Assembly (NCBI GenBank): GCA_951406725.2
Contig: OX597818.1
Location: forward strand, 55,862,001 to 55,926,000
DNA from: Octopus vulgaris
Lineage: Eukaryota
Direction of reading: 5' to 3'
DNA: 64,000 nucleotides
Shown: piece by piece, positions 12,636 to 25,239 of the stretch
Layout: each line of letters opens with the position of its first letter
Numbering within the stretch: the first letter of the stretch is position 1
Program-made: the position numbers and the translations under genes
Notes under the pieces: generated by a model
Databases searched by the model: none
Seen by the model: only the letters and a program-made list of their open reading frames with translations
What the model was told of the DNA's origin: nothing

Positions 12636-14376
12636 ATTGATAAAGAAGTCTCACTAGAGACTTTTAGTGCCGGCTGGCCTGTTGTTAAATGCCCATTAAA
12701 TTAGGAAAGAATAAAAGCAAATAATATTATAGAAATGCAAAAACTACAAATATAAATGTGGAAATCAATTCATTCCAGTTTAGATAAAATGACCTAATCA
12801 GCTTTCGCTGTCATAACTGCTTAGAGGGAAAAAGAAAGTAGAAGAAAGGAAGATTAATACTTTGATAAGTAGTTTCATGTTCATGCATATATATACCAAC
12901 ATTTAAACATACAAATCGAATTATACTTATTTGTCCAAATTATTTATTTGCGTGTGTGTGTGTATAACAGTGAATATCAAAAGTTCTGTTTAATGAACCC
13001 CAACCCCCATCTTCTCAAACAACATTAGCAGCAGAAACACCAACACTGAATATACATCACTGACGTGTGTAAGAGATCTTTTATTACTTTTTACATATTA
13101 TGTTCCTCCTTCGTGTACTTTATAATTTAAGTACAAGTCAAGTACTCGGATCAACATGATTGTCTATGCCCTACTCCCAAAACTTGCGACTTTGCGCCTA
13201 TATTAGAAAACAATCCAAAAGATTACTTATAAACAAATCATTAGTAACCCTAACCAAAAAAATATTCTTAAGAGATTCAAGAGTCCTTTTGTTTTCTTGG
13301 ATAGATACACTGTTAATGTAGACATGCGTTAATAACTTCTAATCAGGAACTGTTATTTATTTAAAATTTCTAAATGCCCTCGAGACTTCATTGACTTTAA
13401 TGTCACTAATTGTGTAACCGAGCTGCTAGAAAATCACACTTCAGTTGGTGTAATATTTCTTTTATTTTTCTGTTAATTCATTGAGAATACAATAACATGT
13501 TTAACAGAGATATTTGATATGGAATATACAGCAGGAAGTTATCTCCTTGCTAAATTAGAAAATTCTGAGAATATCTAGTCTAAACATAAAACTTACTGCA
13601 CTTCTATTAGTATGATTAATATTCAAAACTATTTTTAACTAACATAGTATATCACTTTTCTCTTAAAACTGTCTTTATATTTATAAAGTAGGCTGCCTTG
13701 CTAAACATTGCAAATTTTTTCTATGTTATAGACAACTTTTGTCTATCATCATTGTTTGTGAATGTAAATCAACAAGATATCAGGGCTTATTATTACACAA
13801 CATGGAAAAGTAATACTAAATGTCAGATTCTATTTTCTATCTAAGTTGGATGGTTTTTTTTTTTCTCTTTTTGCTAGATTTTTATTTTGTCACATATAAT
13901 GATTAAAAATGATAAACAAAGAAAATCCATGACAACAGCAGGGGCCAAAATGATTTATACAGTGTTCACTTTTTTAGAAAAGGTATTATATATCATCGGG
14001 GCTATATACTTCAGACTATATTTACTTCGAATATAATTCGCAAAGATAAAATGTTTATATTCTTATTTATTTCATTTCACAGTTGGTTAACAGTAGTGTC
14101 ACTGGTTACAGGTTTCCAATGAACGAATTAGTAGTGCAATATGTTTCTGATGGTGAAAGTGGTGAGGGAGTATCTGTAACTCAGAGTAGAACAAATATTA
14201 CAAAGGACTTTGTTTGAAAAGTACTTCTCTTTCCCTTTTGTTTTCTCAGCAATGTCTACATTCTTTGCTGACAGATCATCAAAACATATATACATATACT
14301 TTGTTTGAAGAATACCTGAAAGTATATAGATGGGATGGATGTCGATCTTCAGATTGAACCAAAGCAACAAAGTGTC

Positions 14377-14746
14377 TCTTTTACTCTTTTACTTGTTTCA
14401 GTCATTTGACTGTGGCCATGCTGGAGCACCGCCTTTAGTCGAGCAAATCGACCCCAGGACTTATTCTTTGTAAGCCTAGTACTTATTCTATCGGTCTCTT
14501 TGCCGAACCGCTAAGTTACGGGGACGTAAACACACCTCATCAGTTATCAGGCAATGTTGGGGGGGGGGGGGGGGGACAGACACACAAACACACACATATA
14601 TATACATATATACAACAGGCTTCTTTCAGTTTCCGTCTACCAAATCCACTCACAATGCTTTGGTCGACTTGAGGCTATAGTAGAAGACACTTGCCCAAGG
14701 TGCCACGCAGTGGGACTGAACCGGGAACCATGTGGTTTCCTGCGCC
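14377..14746 (-). mobile_element. SINE S1
   Basis: High identity to other S1 copies, with a partial deletion in the head. Confidence 0.9.
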
Positions 14747-16639
14747 TATAAAAGTCTGTTGACTTTTTTTTTTAATTACTGATACTTTCTTTTGGTTGCA
14801 ATTCCTGGATGAGGTGTCTGTGTGTGTGTGTTTGGTGGGGTGGCTTCTGCATAGTTTCTGCCTACTACATTCCACTCAAAACATATTAATATTACTCAAC
14901 CATAGGCTGTAGCATTGTGCAGTGGGTTCAGACATAGAACAGCATGATGGCAAAGAGAATTTCTTAATCACAGTGCTATACATGTACCCACTTTCAGCAA
15001 TTCATACTTCATATTTCTCTTTTACTTCTCTCATCATTTTGTTGGCTACTGTCTTGCATCCATCAATCATATGTTTATCTCTGGAATCAGTTTGATAATT
15101 TGTAGTTGAAGCTTAAGAGCTATTCTTCCCGAATCTTAATTGTAAATCCTGTGTAACCTTGTTTACATTATGTATATCATGTTTTCACATTTCAAAAGAG
15201 GTGACTAAAAGGGTGGCTACAGGAATGTCATGCAGCATGGAAAAGTGGGTGTAAAGCATTGATGATGATGGTCATCATCATCATCATCATCATAATCATC
15301 ATCTAATTTCTTAATGTTTAGATTTCTGGTTTAGTTTTCCATATTCAAAAAATGTATTGATATAGTAATCTGATATAGAAAATGAAATTTGTAATGTAAT
15401 GTTATTGTTTTATTAGTTTCAGTTATTCAATTGTAACCATGCAGGGGTTCCATCCCTTCAGTTCTGTTGAACACCCCTTACTTTTGTCTAATACTATTTT
15501 ATTGACCTCAGGAAGAAAAAAAAAAGAAAACGATCAAATTAGACTTGGATAGGGTTTAGACTCCTACAGTAAAGGTATGTAACAAAACACCATTTTGTCT
15601 GATGTTCTATGATGCTGCCATCCACATGCCTCATCATCATCATGACCATCATTGTTTTACATCCACTTTCCATGCTGAAATGAGTTGTGAAGGTTACTGT
15701 GGTCTGAGTTCTTATTTAGTTACTGCTTCCCTAGATGAGTTGGAGAATTGTGCCTTGTGATTTTTAGCTTCATTTCTAAAGCTGGGTGCCCTTCCTACCA
15801 CTAACCAATTTACTGAATGTACTGGGTGGAACCAATACAAGACAGATTGATTTGAATGGGATGCCTTGCAGTATCTGCTCCAGATCTGTGCATCTGAGTT
15901 CAAATCCCACATCTTTTCACCTGAAAATAAAGAATGGTGACACTTCTGGAAGGAGTTGTGACTGACATAGTGTCAGCAATAAGAAAACTATTGGGGACAT
16001 ACTTTTTTTCAGACTGATTGCAAGATCAGTTCACACACATAGGAATAGTTATACACATATGCACATGCATACAGACACTCATACACACATTTTTGGTTTA
16101 AAAATTTAGAGCTAAATTTATTATGAGGCTGGTGATTCACCCTGTTGCTACTCAGCTTGTAGCTTGATCCAAATACTTCTGAAAGAAACAAAAATGACTG
16201 ACAAATTGAGCTGTACCAGAAGTTATTATGATAGTGGCTACACCAGGTCGTCATGTAAGGGTTGTGTGAGATTTTTTTGACAATCTTCTGCAATAGATTT
16301 AGATCCAAGAGGAGAATACTCTTAATTGCAAGTGTTAAATTTGATCTAAACTACTCCATTTTAATTAGATGTTGCAAATCCTTTTACTTCCAAGTTTCCA
16401 AATATATTGTGATAGTGATGTTTTGTTGATTCTATCATCAACTTGTGCAATGAATGTACTGTGTGCAATTGGATTTCAAACCATTCTCTGTAAGCTTAAT
16501 ATAGGCTACTATCTGGCTCTTGTTACTGTTATTTATACACAAGCACCTCTAATAAATATCTTGCATTCTGACTCTTGGAGTCATGCATGATTTCTGAAGT
16601 TTTAGTTGTGAAGAGAGATTTGAGAGTCTATTTTACCTA

Positions 16640-17720
16640 AACAGTTGTACAGTGTCCTTTGTACATTTTTGGTTGAAGATTTACTATTTGTGCATTACAG
16701 AAAAATGTCTGAAGAAGTTCCTTCATATATTCGAAGTGAGGGCTACATTATACTGTATGGAGGATTATACCAGATGATTTTTTCTGTTCCTAGTTTTTGT
16801 TTTATGTGTGTATGTGCACGTGCTCGCATGCAGTTCCATGTTCTTCAGTTTTTCACTGAAGCCATGACTTGATAATATGGCATTGTAATGAGACTCTATC
16901 AGTTTAATATTCTGTGTTTATCATTAAGCTTCTTCTTTATATGATTGTAGGATAGTGTTTGGAGTTTTGTTAATATATATTCCTTTGGTTGGTTTTCAGT
17001 GGGGGTTCAAATTTATTTTGATGCCTAGGAAATTAACTATTTTTAAGTATGCTATGACTGAGTTTTTTGCTTTGGATATGTTGATTAGTGTTTTCCTGAA
17101 TTAATCTCCATACGTTATAGCTGTCCATATTGTGGAGATGGGGTTAGGTCATTATTTTTGTGTAGAGTTTTCTTTAGAAAGAGTGTTGTTTTATATTTAT
17201 TGTATCAAGAATGTGGTAGTTGATTAATTTAGAAACTCCTGCTCTACTGAAGCACTCCGTATTAATGTCAATGAGCCCATTTTCATGTTTTCGATATAGA
17301 AGGAGCCATAAAACAAGAAGTACTTTCTTGTGTTCACATTTTACTAATGTTGATTATAGTGGTGAATGTTTTCCTGACATTTAAAGCTTTCAGAAGAAGT
17401 AGTTTAGAAATAGCTTCCTAAAATTCCACTGTGTTAAACTGGGTAAATCTACAGCTGGTTTTATTTTCATGCTATTAAACCATTTAGTTATGTTGGGACT
17501 GCAATTTCATCGTAATAAATCCATTTTATATACAATTTTTGATTTTACAGAGTCTAAGATGTAATTCCAAACTATGACCAGTCTCTTCATGAAAGGTCTT
17601 CACTTGCGGTTGGATAGGAAGTGTTTTTATGGTCCTTTAATGTGATGCATGGTTTGTGCCGGGTTAGGCATTGTATATGGTTGTCTATATCTAATTATAA
17701 TGCTTATATAGTTTTATGAG
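16640..17720 (-). mobile_element. Penelope-like element RT relic
   Basis: Minus-strand translation with stops gives FTQFNTVEF*EAIS, GLIDINTECFSRAGVSKL, IVNFLGIKINL, IYINKTPN. These match the PLE RT motifs FDIVEFYPSI, FDVTMGSYDGAEV, VNFLD, YIN..SNHP. Confidence 0.7.
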
Positions 17721-17994
17721 TCAACAAGGGACCCCCACTCTGCTAAAAATAGTAGTCAAATCTCTTTCAACACTTTATTGTTTTACAAAAGAAGGGTTCC
17801 TACATACATTATTTCTGACATTAAGGTTGATGATCAAGGCTGGAAAGTTTGTTTTTTATTCACACACACACATCCAATCCCCCTCTTTTATCTTTTACTT
17901 GTTTCAGTTATTAGATTGTGGCCATGCTGGGGCACCACCTTGAAGAATTTTTAGTTGGCTGAGTTGACCCTAGATATTTAAGAGGTACTGAATT

Positions 17995-18390
17995 TTTAGT
18001 TATTGTTTCAAATATTCGGCAATCTTTTTTAAATTTTTTTCACTTCATCAGTCACTTATAGACTGATTAAAGAGTGATGACCTGAAGCAACCTCATACTG
18101 TATGGAGCATTATACCAGCTGATTTTTCTCCTCCTCATTTGTGTGTATGGGATGCTACTCCCTTTTACTCCTTGATAATACATTATAGCCATTCATATTG
18201 TGGAGATGTTTAGGTCATTATTGTTGTGTAGAGTTTTCTTTAGAAAGAGTGTTGTTTTATATTTATTGCATCAAGAATGTGGTAGTTGATTAATTTAGAA
18301 ACTTCTGCTCTACTGAAGCTCTCTGTATTTATGTCAATGAGCCCATTTTCAGGTTTTTGATATAGAAGGAGCCATAAAACAAGAAGAGCT
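17995..18390 (-). mobile_element. Internally deleted tandem duplicate of the Penelope relic (pLTR-like)
   Basis: 18190-18385 is near-identical to 17120-17320, and 18095-18150 resembles 16750-16810. Confidence 0.7.
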
Positions 18391-18439
18391 GCCAGTTGAT
18401 AGATTTTATTTTCTTACTATATTGACTTCCTTTTTTTTC

Positions 18440-18856
18440 ATCTTGTTTCAGTAATTAGATTGTGGCCATCTTTTACTTGTTTCAGTTATTAGATTGTTGC
18501 CATGTTGGAGCAACACTTAGAAGAATTTTTAGTCGAACAGACCAACACCAGTACTAATTTTTTTAAAGCCTGGTACCTATTCTATTAGTCTCTTTTGCCA
18601 AACCACTAAGTTGCAGGGATGTGAACAAACCAACACCAGTTGTCAAAGAGAGGTGTGTGGGACAAGAACATACACACACACACACACACACACATGACAG
18701 GCTTCTTTCCATTTCTGTCTACCAAATCCATTCATGAGGATTTGGTCAGCCCAAAGCTATAGTAGAAGACACTTGCCCAAGGTGCTATGCAGTGGGACTG
18801 AACTTGAAACTATGGGGTTGAGAAGCAAGCTTTTTACCACACAGCCACGTCTGCAC
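18440..18856 (-). mobile_element. SINE S1 with duplicated tail
   Basis: S1 body, with the tail segment cttgtttcagt(a/t)attagattgt present twice. Confidence 0.85.
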
Positions 18857-20177
18857 TTTTTTAATTTTTTTTAGGAATGTTGGAGAGATTGGATTTTTGT
18901 TGATGTATACTGTTTCTTTCATTGTTTTTCCTCTGACCAAAACCAAGGTCGACTTTGCCTTTCATCATTTCAGGGCTGATAGAATAAGTACCAGTTGAGT
19001 ACTGGGGTTGATGTAATCAAGTATCCTTTCTCCCGAAATTTCAGGCCTTGTGCCTGGGTTTCAAAATGGCTTTGTCCAAAGTGATAGTTTAGTGGATTTA
19101 GTTATGCCATCTTTTTCAAGTAATAGCAAATATATTTGCCAAAAAATTCCTTGGTGGTTATTTCTCAATTCCAACTGACAAGATCTGTGATGTATATCTA
19201 CTTCCTAACTATGAAAGTAGCTAAGCTTCTTTATGGCCACAAATATATTATTATTGAAATCTATTTAATAATGATCAGAAGAGGATCAAGTTCAGATTAT
19301 TTTGGGGAAAGTTTCATTGTTCTGTCAAATATTTCCTGTTTTGGGGTAATTTTAGTTTTAGCTAGACTGAAAATATTGAACAAGAAATAATATTCCCACA
19401 ATCTGGCATTAAAATTGTTGAAAGAATTCTCAGATTGTATTCTTAGGATTTAATTCTTTGTAAATTGAAAATAATTGTGTTCACAAGGGCAATGGATTGA
19501 TAGGATCAGCAGAATGTCAGAGACATGACTTTATGTTCAGAGTTCACATCTCATCCACATCAGTTTTGCCTTTTCTCCTTACAAGGTCAATAAACTAAAT
19601 ACCAAACAATGTAATGGGGTCAGTATAGTTGACTAATCCCTTATAGGTGGGTCCCTCAGCACAGAAAAGAATGAAACCAGAAAAAATAAATTTTTAAAAA
19701 TAAAATAAAATTTTATATTTATTGAAAAAATAAAGATTGTAAAGGAAACATGTTCAGAGAACTAGTGTATATTTTTCATACTGAAATTTTATACAATGTA
19801 TACATATCAAAATAGGAGGACTAGTGTTATTTGACTATAAAACCTTTTTTTTTTCCCCCCTTGTTAATCCAGGTTTATATTTTGTAATTTTATACAATTT
19901 CAACTTTGAGAGCCAAAATAAATAAGAAACCATATTTTTCTACTCTAAGCTGTTGTAAAATAACAGCAAAAATATTTGTCACTATGGCTTTTCAAATACT
20001 GTATTGTTTTTAAAAGCTAAAGTATTTTAAACATTAACACTTTCGTTACAATATTCCTGACCAAATTCAGTTCCAATGTTTCAATTAATTTGGAAAATAT
20101 TGAAGATTTTAGAAAGATAGCTTTGTCATTATTAAGCTTACATCCAGAGATTTTGATAGATTTGAATTTAGATTACT

Positions 20178-20407
20178 TTAACCCTTTTGATACCAATCCA
20201 GCTGAAAGTGCTTCTGGCTCTCTAGCACAAATGTCTTGTTTTCAAAAGTTCTGACTTAAAATCTTCCATCAAACCTTAGTCACAATTTATGTTCCTAACA
20301 CTAGCCTAATGATAACGAAGTTATTTTACTAAATTCTTTGCTATATTTAAAATTAACTGAAAGAAACCCAGAGCATCTCAACAGAAATACAGTAACAAAA
20401 GGGTTAA
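20178..20407. mobile_element. TTAA MITE family A nested in an older relative (about 20034-20470)
   Basis: TTAA CCCTTTTGATACC ... GTAACAAAAGGG TTAA. The flanks rejoin into a diverged family-A-like element. Confidence 0.85.
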
Positions 20408-20527
20408 AACAGGAAGTTTATATCATAGATCCAAGGCAGTTTTTGGTTGTTTGCTATTGAAAGAACTAAATAGGTTGCATTTAAAGATATGGCATTAAAT
20501 TATTATTTCTTATTATTTTAGCAACTA

Positions 20528-20745
20528 AGGTGGTGACTTAGCAGTGCATCACACAAAATGCTTGGCAGCATTTCTTATGGCTTTTTACACTCTGAGCTCA
20601 AATCCTGTTGAGGTCAACTTTGCTTTTCATCCTTCAAGGGTTGTTAAAACAAAGTACTAGTCAGGTACTGGGGTCAATATATTTGACTTGCTCCTCTCCG
20701 CTCCCCCTAAAATTTCTGGCTTTGTGCCAAAATTTGGAACAATTA
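20528..20745 (+). mobile_element. SINE S2 (diverged)
   Basis: S2 core CTTTGCTTTTCATCCTT...AAGTACTAGT. Confidence 0.75.
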
Positions 20746-21868
20746 TTATATCAGCAACTTTAGATTTATATGGACGAGATGCCAGAAATTTTAATATTCT
20801 GGACTTTTCTTATGATTTCTCAACTTTCTGTTTATCGAATGCTCATTCCTATCAGTTCATTTGGGTGAAATAACATTTATAAATTAAAGTCTGATTGAGT
20901 GAGCTGTCAAAGAAAAATAACAATAGCTGCCAAATAAGTTAAGTGTTAAATTCAAATTATCTTCAGAGATTAAAGAGGAATGCGTTGAATACAGTTCATT
21001 AGATGTGTAATAATGTTAACTGCATGACGGTTGAAGTAGCGGTGAGAAGAGAGGGCACTTATGGATTAATGACATTGGCCTTCTATGTGCAGTACAGAGC
21101 ATGTTACCATATGACTAACAACATTCTGAATCTGATAAGTACTTGCAAGGCTAGAAACTAAAAACTAACAATGAGTAGGTGACTCATAATGATGTATAAA
21201 TATTGTAACGTAAAATATTTGTTTCAGATTTCTATTCTTGAGTCAAACTGTCTGATCTTTGTGGGGGTTTTTTTTTGGTTTTTTTTTGGGGGTTTTTTTT
21301 TTGGTTTTTTGGTGGTTTTTTGGGTTTTTTTTTTTTTTAAGCATATCATAAGTAGTGAGAAATATTTTTAGTGTTTGTTTACTTTTACATTTTTCCTGAC
21401 AGTCAAAACAAAGAAATTTTTAGTCAGATATATATATATATGTGTGTGCGTGTGTGTGTGTGTGTTGCTTCTTCATAAATAATGGGTTTTATATCTGAAT
21501 CTCTCCCTTGGGTGAGATTCATGCTGGCTTTGTTTGTTTACTCATTTATTTTTCAACATTTTACTATTAAAGAAGTGGGGGAAAATATCAGATGCTTGAA
21601 TACCTTTTTGACAGCTCCTTCTTTACAATACTTCATAATTCTTTTGTTAGACTTTGTTATTTCAACCAATTTATTTGAAACTTGTATTTTGCTAAGTTTT
21701 TTTTTTTATCCTGATGATATCTTGAAGCTGTTAGCTGACTTTCGAGATACGTAAAAAGTAACCCTTATATATTTATTATATTTTAATTCCGTTGCATTAC
21801 CTATCAATCACATTGTTCTTTGATCACTTACTCTCTAGTACAATGGTAATCATTAAAAGTTTATTCAT

Positions 21869-22026
21869 TTATTCTTTTACTGGTTTCAGTCATTTGACTG
21901 TGGCCATGCTGGAGCACCACCTTTAGTCGAGCAAATCAACCCCAAGACTTACTCTTTGTAAGCCTAGTACTTATTCTATCAGTCTCTTTTGCCAAACTGC
22001 TAAGTTACAGAGATAATAGCATCGGT

Positions 22027-22078
<52 letters not shown>

Positions 22079-22227
22079 ATGGGCTTCTTTCAGTCTCTAC
22101 CAAATCCACTTACAAGGCTTTGGTCGGCCCGAGGCTATAGTAGGAGACACTGGCCCAAGGTGCCACAAAGTGGGACTGAACCCGGAACCCTGTGGTTGGT
22201 AAGTAAGCTACTTACCACGCAGCCACT
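21869..22227 (-). mobile_element. SINE S1 with expanded internal (TA)n
   Basis: S1 head and tail flanking a TA/CA tract. Confidence 0.9.
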
Positions 22228-22350
22228 ATTTCGATAATTACAATATGCCATTAACGTTTGTTGTTTTATGAAGCCTGCTCTTTTGAAGCTACCTGACCTT
22301 ATTAAGAAACTGGTTACAGTCACCACTAGATACACCTTTTATTGAGAGCA

Positions 22351-22605
22351 GAGTGGTTCTCAACCATTTTTTGCCTATGGGCCCTTTTGATTTTGATTTT
22401 ACTCTACTGAACTTCTATAGCCATTCAGTGTTTAAAATATTCCATTATATTTCTTTAATTAAATGTCATTAGGAATTGCATGAAAAACATTGTCAAAACA
22501 TTTTGTGTATTGGAGAAATAAAACTCATTTGTTGCACATAAATTTTCACAGCAAATCTTTATATGGACTCCCAAGGGTCATATGGACCCGAATTGAGAAC
22601 CACAG
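22351..22605. mobile_element. hAT-type MITE
   Basis: Inverted termini AGTGGTTCTCAA...TTGAGAACCAC (CAGTGGTTCTCAA type). The right flank GTCTAGAG resembles a Charlie-type target. Confidence 0.6.
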
Positions 22606-22696
22606 GTCTAGAGTTACTAAAGCTACTTTTATCTGTGTCCCTTCTATTTTTCCCAGTGGACAAAATTATGTTGATATTAATTAAATTTGTGAACAC

Positions 22697-22912
22697 GGCA
22701 GCGAGCTGGGAGAATTGTTAGCACGCTGGGCGAAACGCTTAGTGGTATTTCGTCTGTCCTTACATTATAGACCCTGAAAGGATGAAAGGCAAAGTCGACC
22801 TCAGTATAATTTGAACTTAGAATCTAAGTACCAGTTGCATACTGGGGTTGATCTAATCGACTGATCCCCTCTCCCAAAATTCCAGGACTTGTGCCTATAG
22901 TAGAAATGATTA
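22697..22912 (+). mobile_element. SINE S2 with internal inversion
   Basis: The head and 3' part are forward, but about 22770-22823 (accctgaaaggatgaaaggcaaagtcgacc...tttgaacttagaat) is the reverse complement of the core. Confidence 0.8.
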
Positions 22913-23191
22913 ATTAGATTTGCGAAAAGATTCCTCTAAATTGGTTTATAGTATAGAGTAATTGGATAAACTAAAGAACTACAAAATAACTGGGTAAACT
23001 AGAGAATATTGGAGTCATTGGATAAAATAAAGGACATTAGTAGAACACTTGTCAGTAGCTTTATTGTGAAGATTTATCATATACTCCTGAATTAATAACA
23101 TAATGTTAAGACAAACAATTTATTGAAGTGTATTGTGTCAGGCATCTTACCTTTCTGCATGACTTTAGCATGTAAAGATGAAGTGTCTGGG

Positions 23192-23710
23192 ATCATCTTC
23201 ATCATCGTTTAACATCCGCTTTCCATGCTGGCATGGGTTGGACAGGTTGACTGAGGTTTGGCGAGGCAGTACTGGCATCAGCCATGCTTGAATGGTGCTT
23301 TTTACATGCCACCAGCACGGGAGCCAGGCAGGTGGCACTATCATCGACCACACTCAAATGGTGCTTTTTATGTACCACTGGTACAGGATCAGTCAGTCGG
23401 CACTGGCATCGACCATGCTCGAATGGTGCTTTTTATATGCCACTGGCACAAATGCCAATCAGGCAGTACTGCCATTGGCCACGACGATGATTTCACTTGC
23501 CTGAACAGGTCTTTGCAAGCGCAGTTTATTCCCCAATGATTGAAGGGTACTCTTAAATGGGCTGGTTATGTTACACTGGCATAGGCCACGATTATGGTCT
23601 CACTTGGTTTGCTGGATCTTCTCAAGCGTAGCATATCTCCAATGGTCTCGGTCACTTGTCATCGCCTCAGTGATACCCAACATTCCGAAGGTCATGCTTC
23701 AACACCTCAA
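23192..23710 (-). mobile_element. S3 retroposon with internal tandem repeats of about 65 bp
   Basis: (CAT)n tail at left, with three repeats of CTGGCATC.GACCA..CTCGAATGGTGCTTTT. Confidence 0.85.
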
Positions 23711-24802
23711 AGAAAATAACACAAGGTTAAAAGTTTGTAGCTTTGAGTTGAATTATTAATATGATTTAATTTTACAGGTTGTTGACCTTATTAGTATGTA
23801 AATTTATACTATTGTAGTATAAATGTTATGAATATACACTCTAAAGAGGTGGTTAATAACCTAGAAATTATAATTTAATGACACAAAGATTATTTCAATA
23901 TTTTCTTTGCTGAATTTAATCTTACTATGGAAACTAGTTGAAGTGGGAGACACAATAGAGCACTATACACCTTGGAATATATTTTTTGTACTTTTGCCTT
24001 AAATCTTACTGGATCACCTTTTTCTACCTTTCAAGATCAATTAAATTAAGTATTAATCAAATGCTAAGGGTCCAATTAAATTGACTTTAGCCTTCCCAAA
24101 AAGTGTCTGGCTTTACATTTATGCTAGAAATCATTAAAATTAAGCATTTTCAGGAAATGGTAAAGTAGTACCAATAAAAAAATTCTATCTTTGTTAAAGG
24201 CAGCACCAAACTAGAAATATAATGAAATAAGTGTTAATCCTTCAAGCTGAAAGTATCAAATTTAAAAGTAAATCTATTCAGGCTGCTGTTGAAAGCAAAT
24301 CTTTTAAAATTGTAGAAATTTAATACCATGGAAAGTATACTTTCTTTCAGGGGAGTGATAAAAATAGGTTAGGCATTTTTTTATGTTTGTTCTAGTCAAG
24401 AATTAAATACAATTCATTTGGAAGAGTTAAAATTGAATAAAGTTGAAGTTAACCTGTTGAGAACATTTGTTAAACAGAAGATAAATTTTCTTTTGGTTTA
24501 TGATTTTCTTCAAAACTTCAGCATTTCAAAATTTGTGACCAGTCATGGCTGTAACCACCATAGATTTATTATTGATTATTAATGATTGACTATGCTGGAA
24601 TCACTGAGTTAACTGAATGGATTATCTGCAAAACATCAGTGGTACTTAATATTCAACACAATAGGCACTGATTTGATATATAAAAAGGGAAACATGTATC
24701 TATCGTTTGTCTCAAATTAGTGCTTATAATGTCTCATATCATTTTCATTTTATTAGTTTGAGCCAGTACATGTCATTGATCTCTTAATATATTCAAAGGT
24801 GT

Positions 24803-25239
24803 AAGGCAGCGAGCTGGCAAAAACGTTAGTATGCCGGGCGAAATGCTTAGTGATATTCCATCTGTCTTTACGTTCTGAGTTCAAATTCCGCCAAGGTCAA
24901 CTTTACCTTTCATCCTTTTGGGGTTGATAAATTAAGTACCAGTTGCATACTGGGGTCGATCTAATTGACTGCTCCCCTCTCCCCCAAAATTTCTGGCCTT
25001 GTGCCTAGAGTAGAAAAAAATAAATATAAGGTGATGAGCTGGCAGAAACATTAGCATGCCAGGCAAAATGCTTAGTGGTATTTCATATCTTTATATTCTG
25101 AGTTCAAATTCTGCCGAGGTCAACTTTGCCTTTCATCCTTTCAGGGTTGATAAATTAAGTACCAGTTGCATACTGGGGTCGATCTAATTGACTGGCCCCC
25201 TCTCCCCAAATTTCGGGCCTTATGCCTAGAGTAGAAAAG
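24803..25239 (+). mobile_element. Tandem SINE S2 dimer within one 17-bp TSD
   Basis: Two head-to-tail S2 units, with AATATATTCAAAGGTGT at 24786-24802 and 25240-25256. Confidence 0.9.

Noticed and set aside
14083-14161. Candidate exon LVNSSVTGYRFPMNELVVQYVSDGES after tttcatttcacag
   Set aside because: The acceptor is good but the donor (gtgagg) is moderate, the peptide is short and there is no recognisable homology.
23270-23480. Repeat-spacer-like array (also 62170-62400)
   Set aside because: Internal tandem repeats of the S3 retroposon in eukaryotic DNA. The spacers resemble each other and there are no cas genes, so it is not CRISPR.
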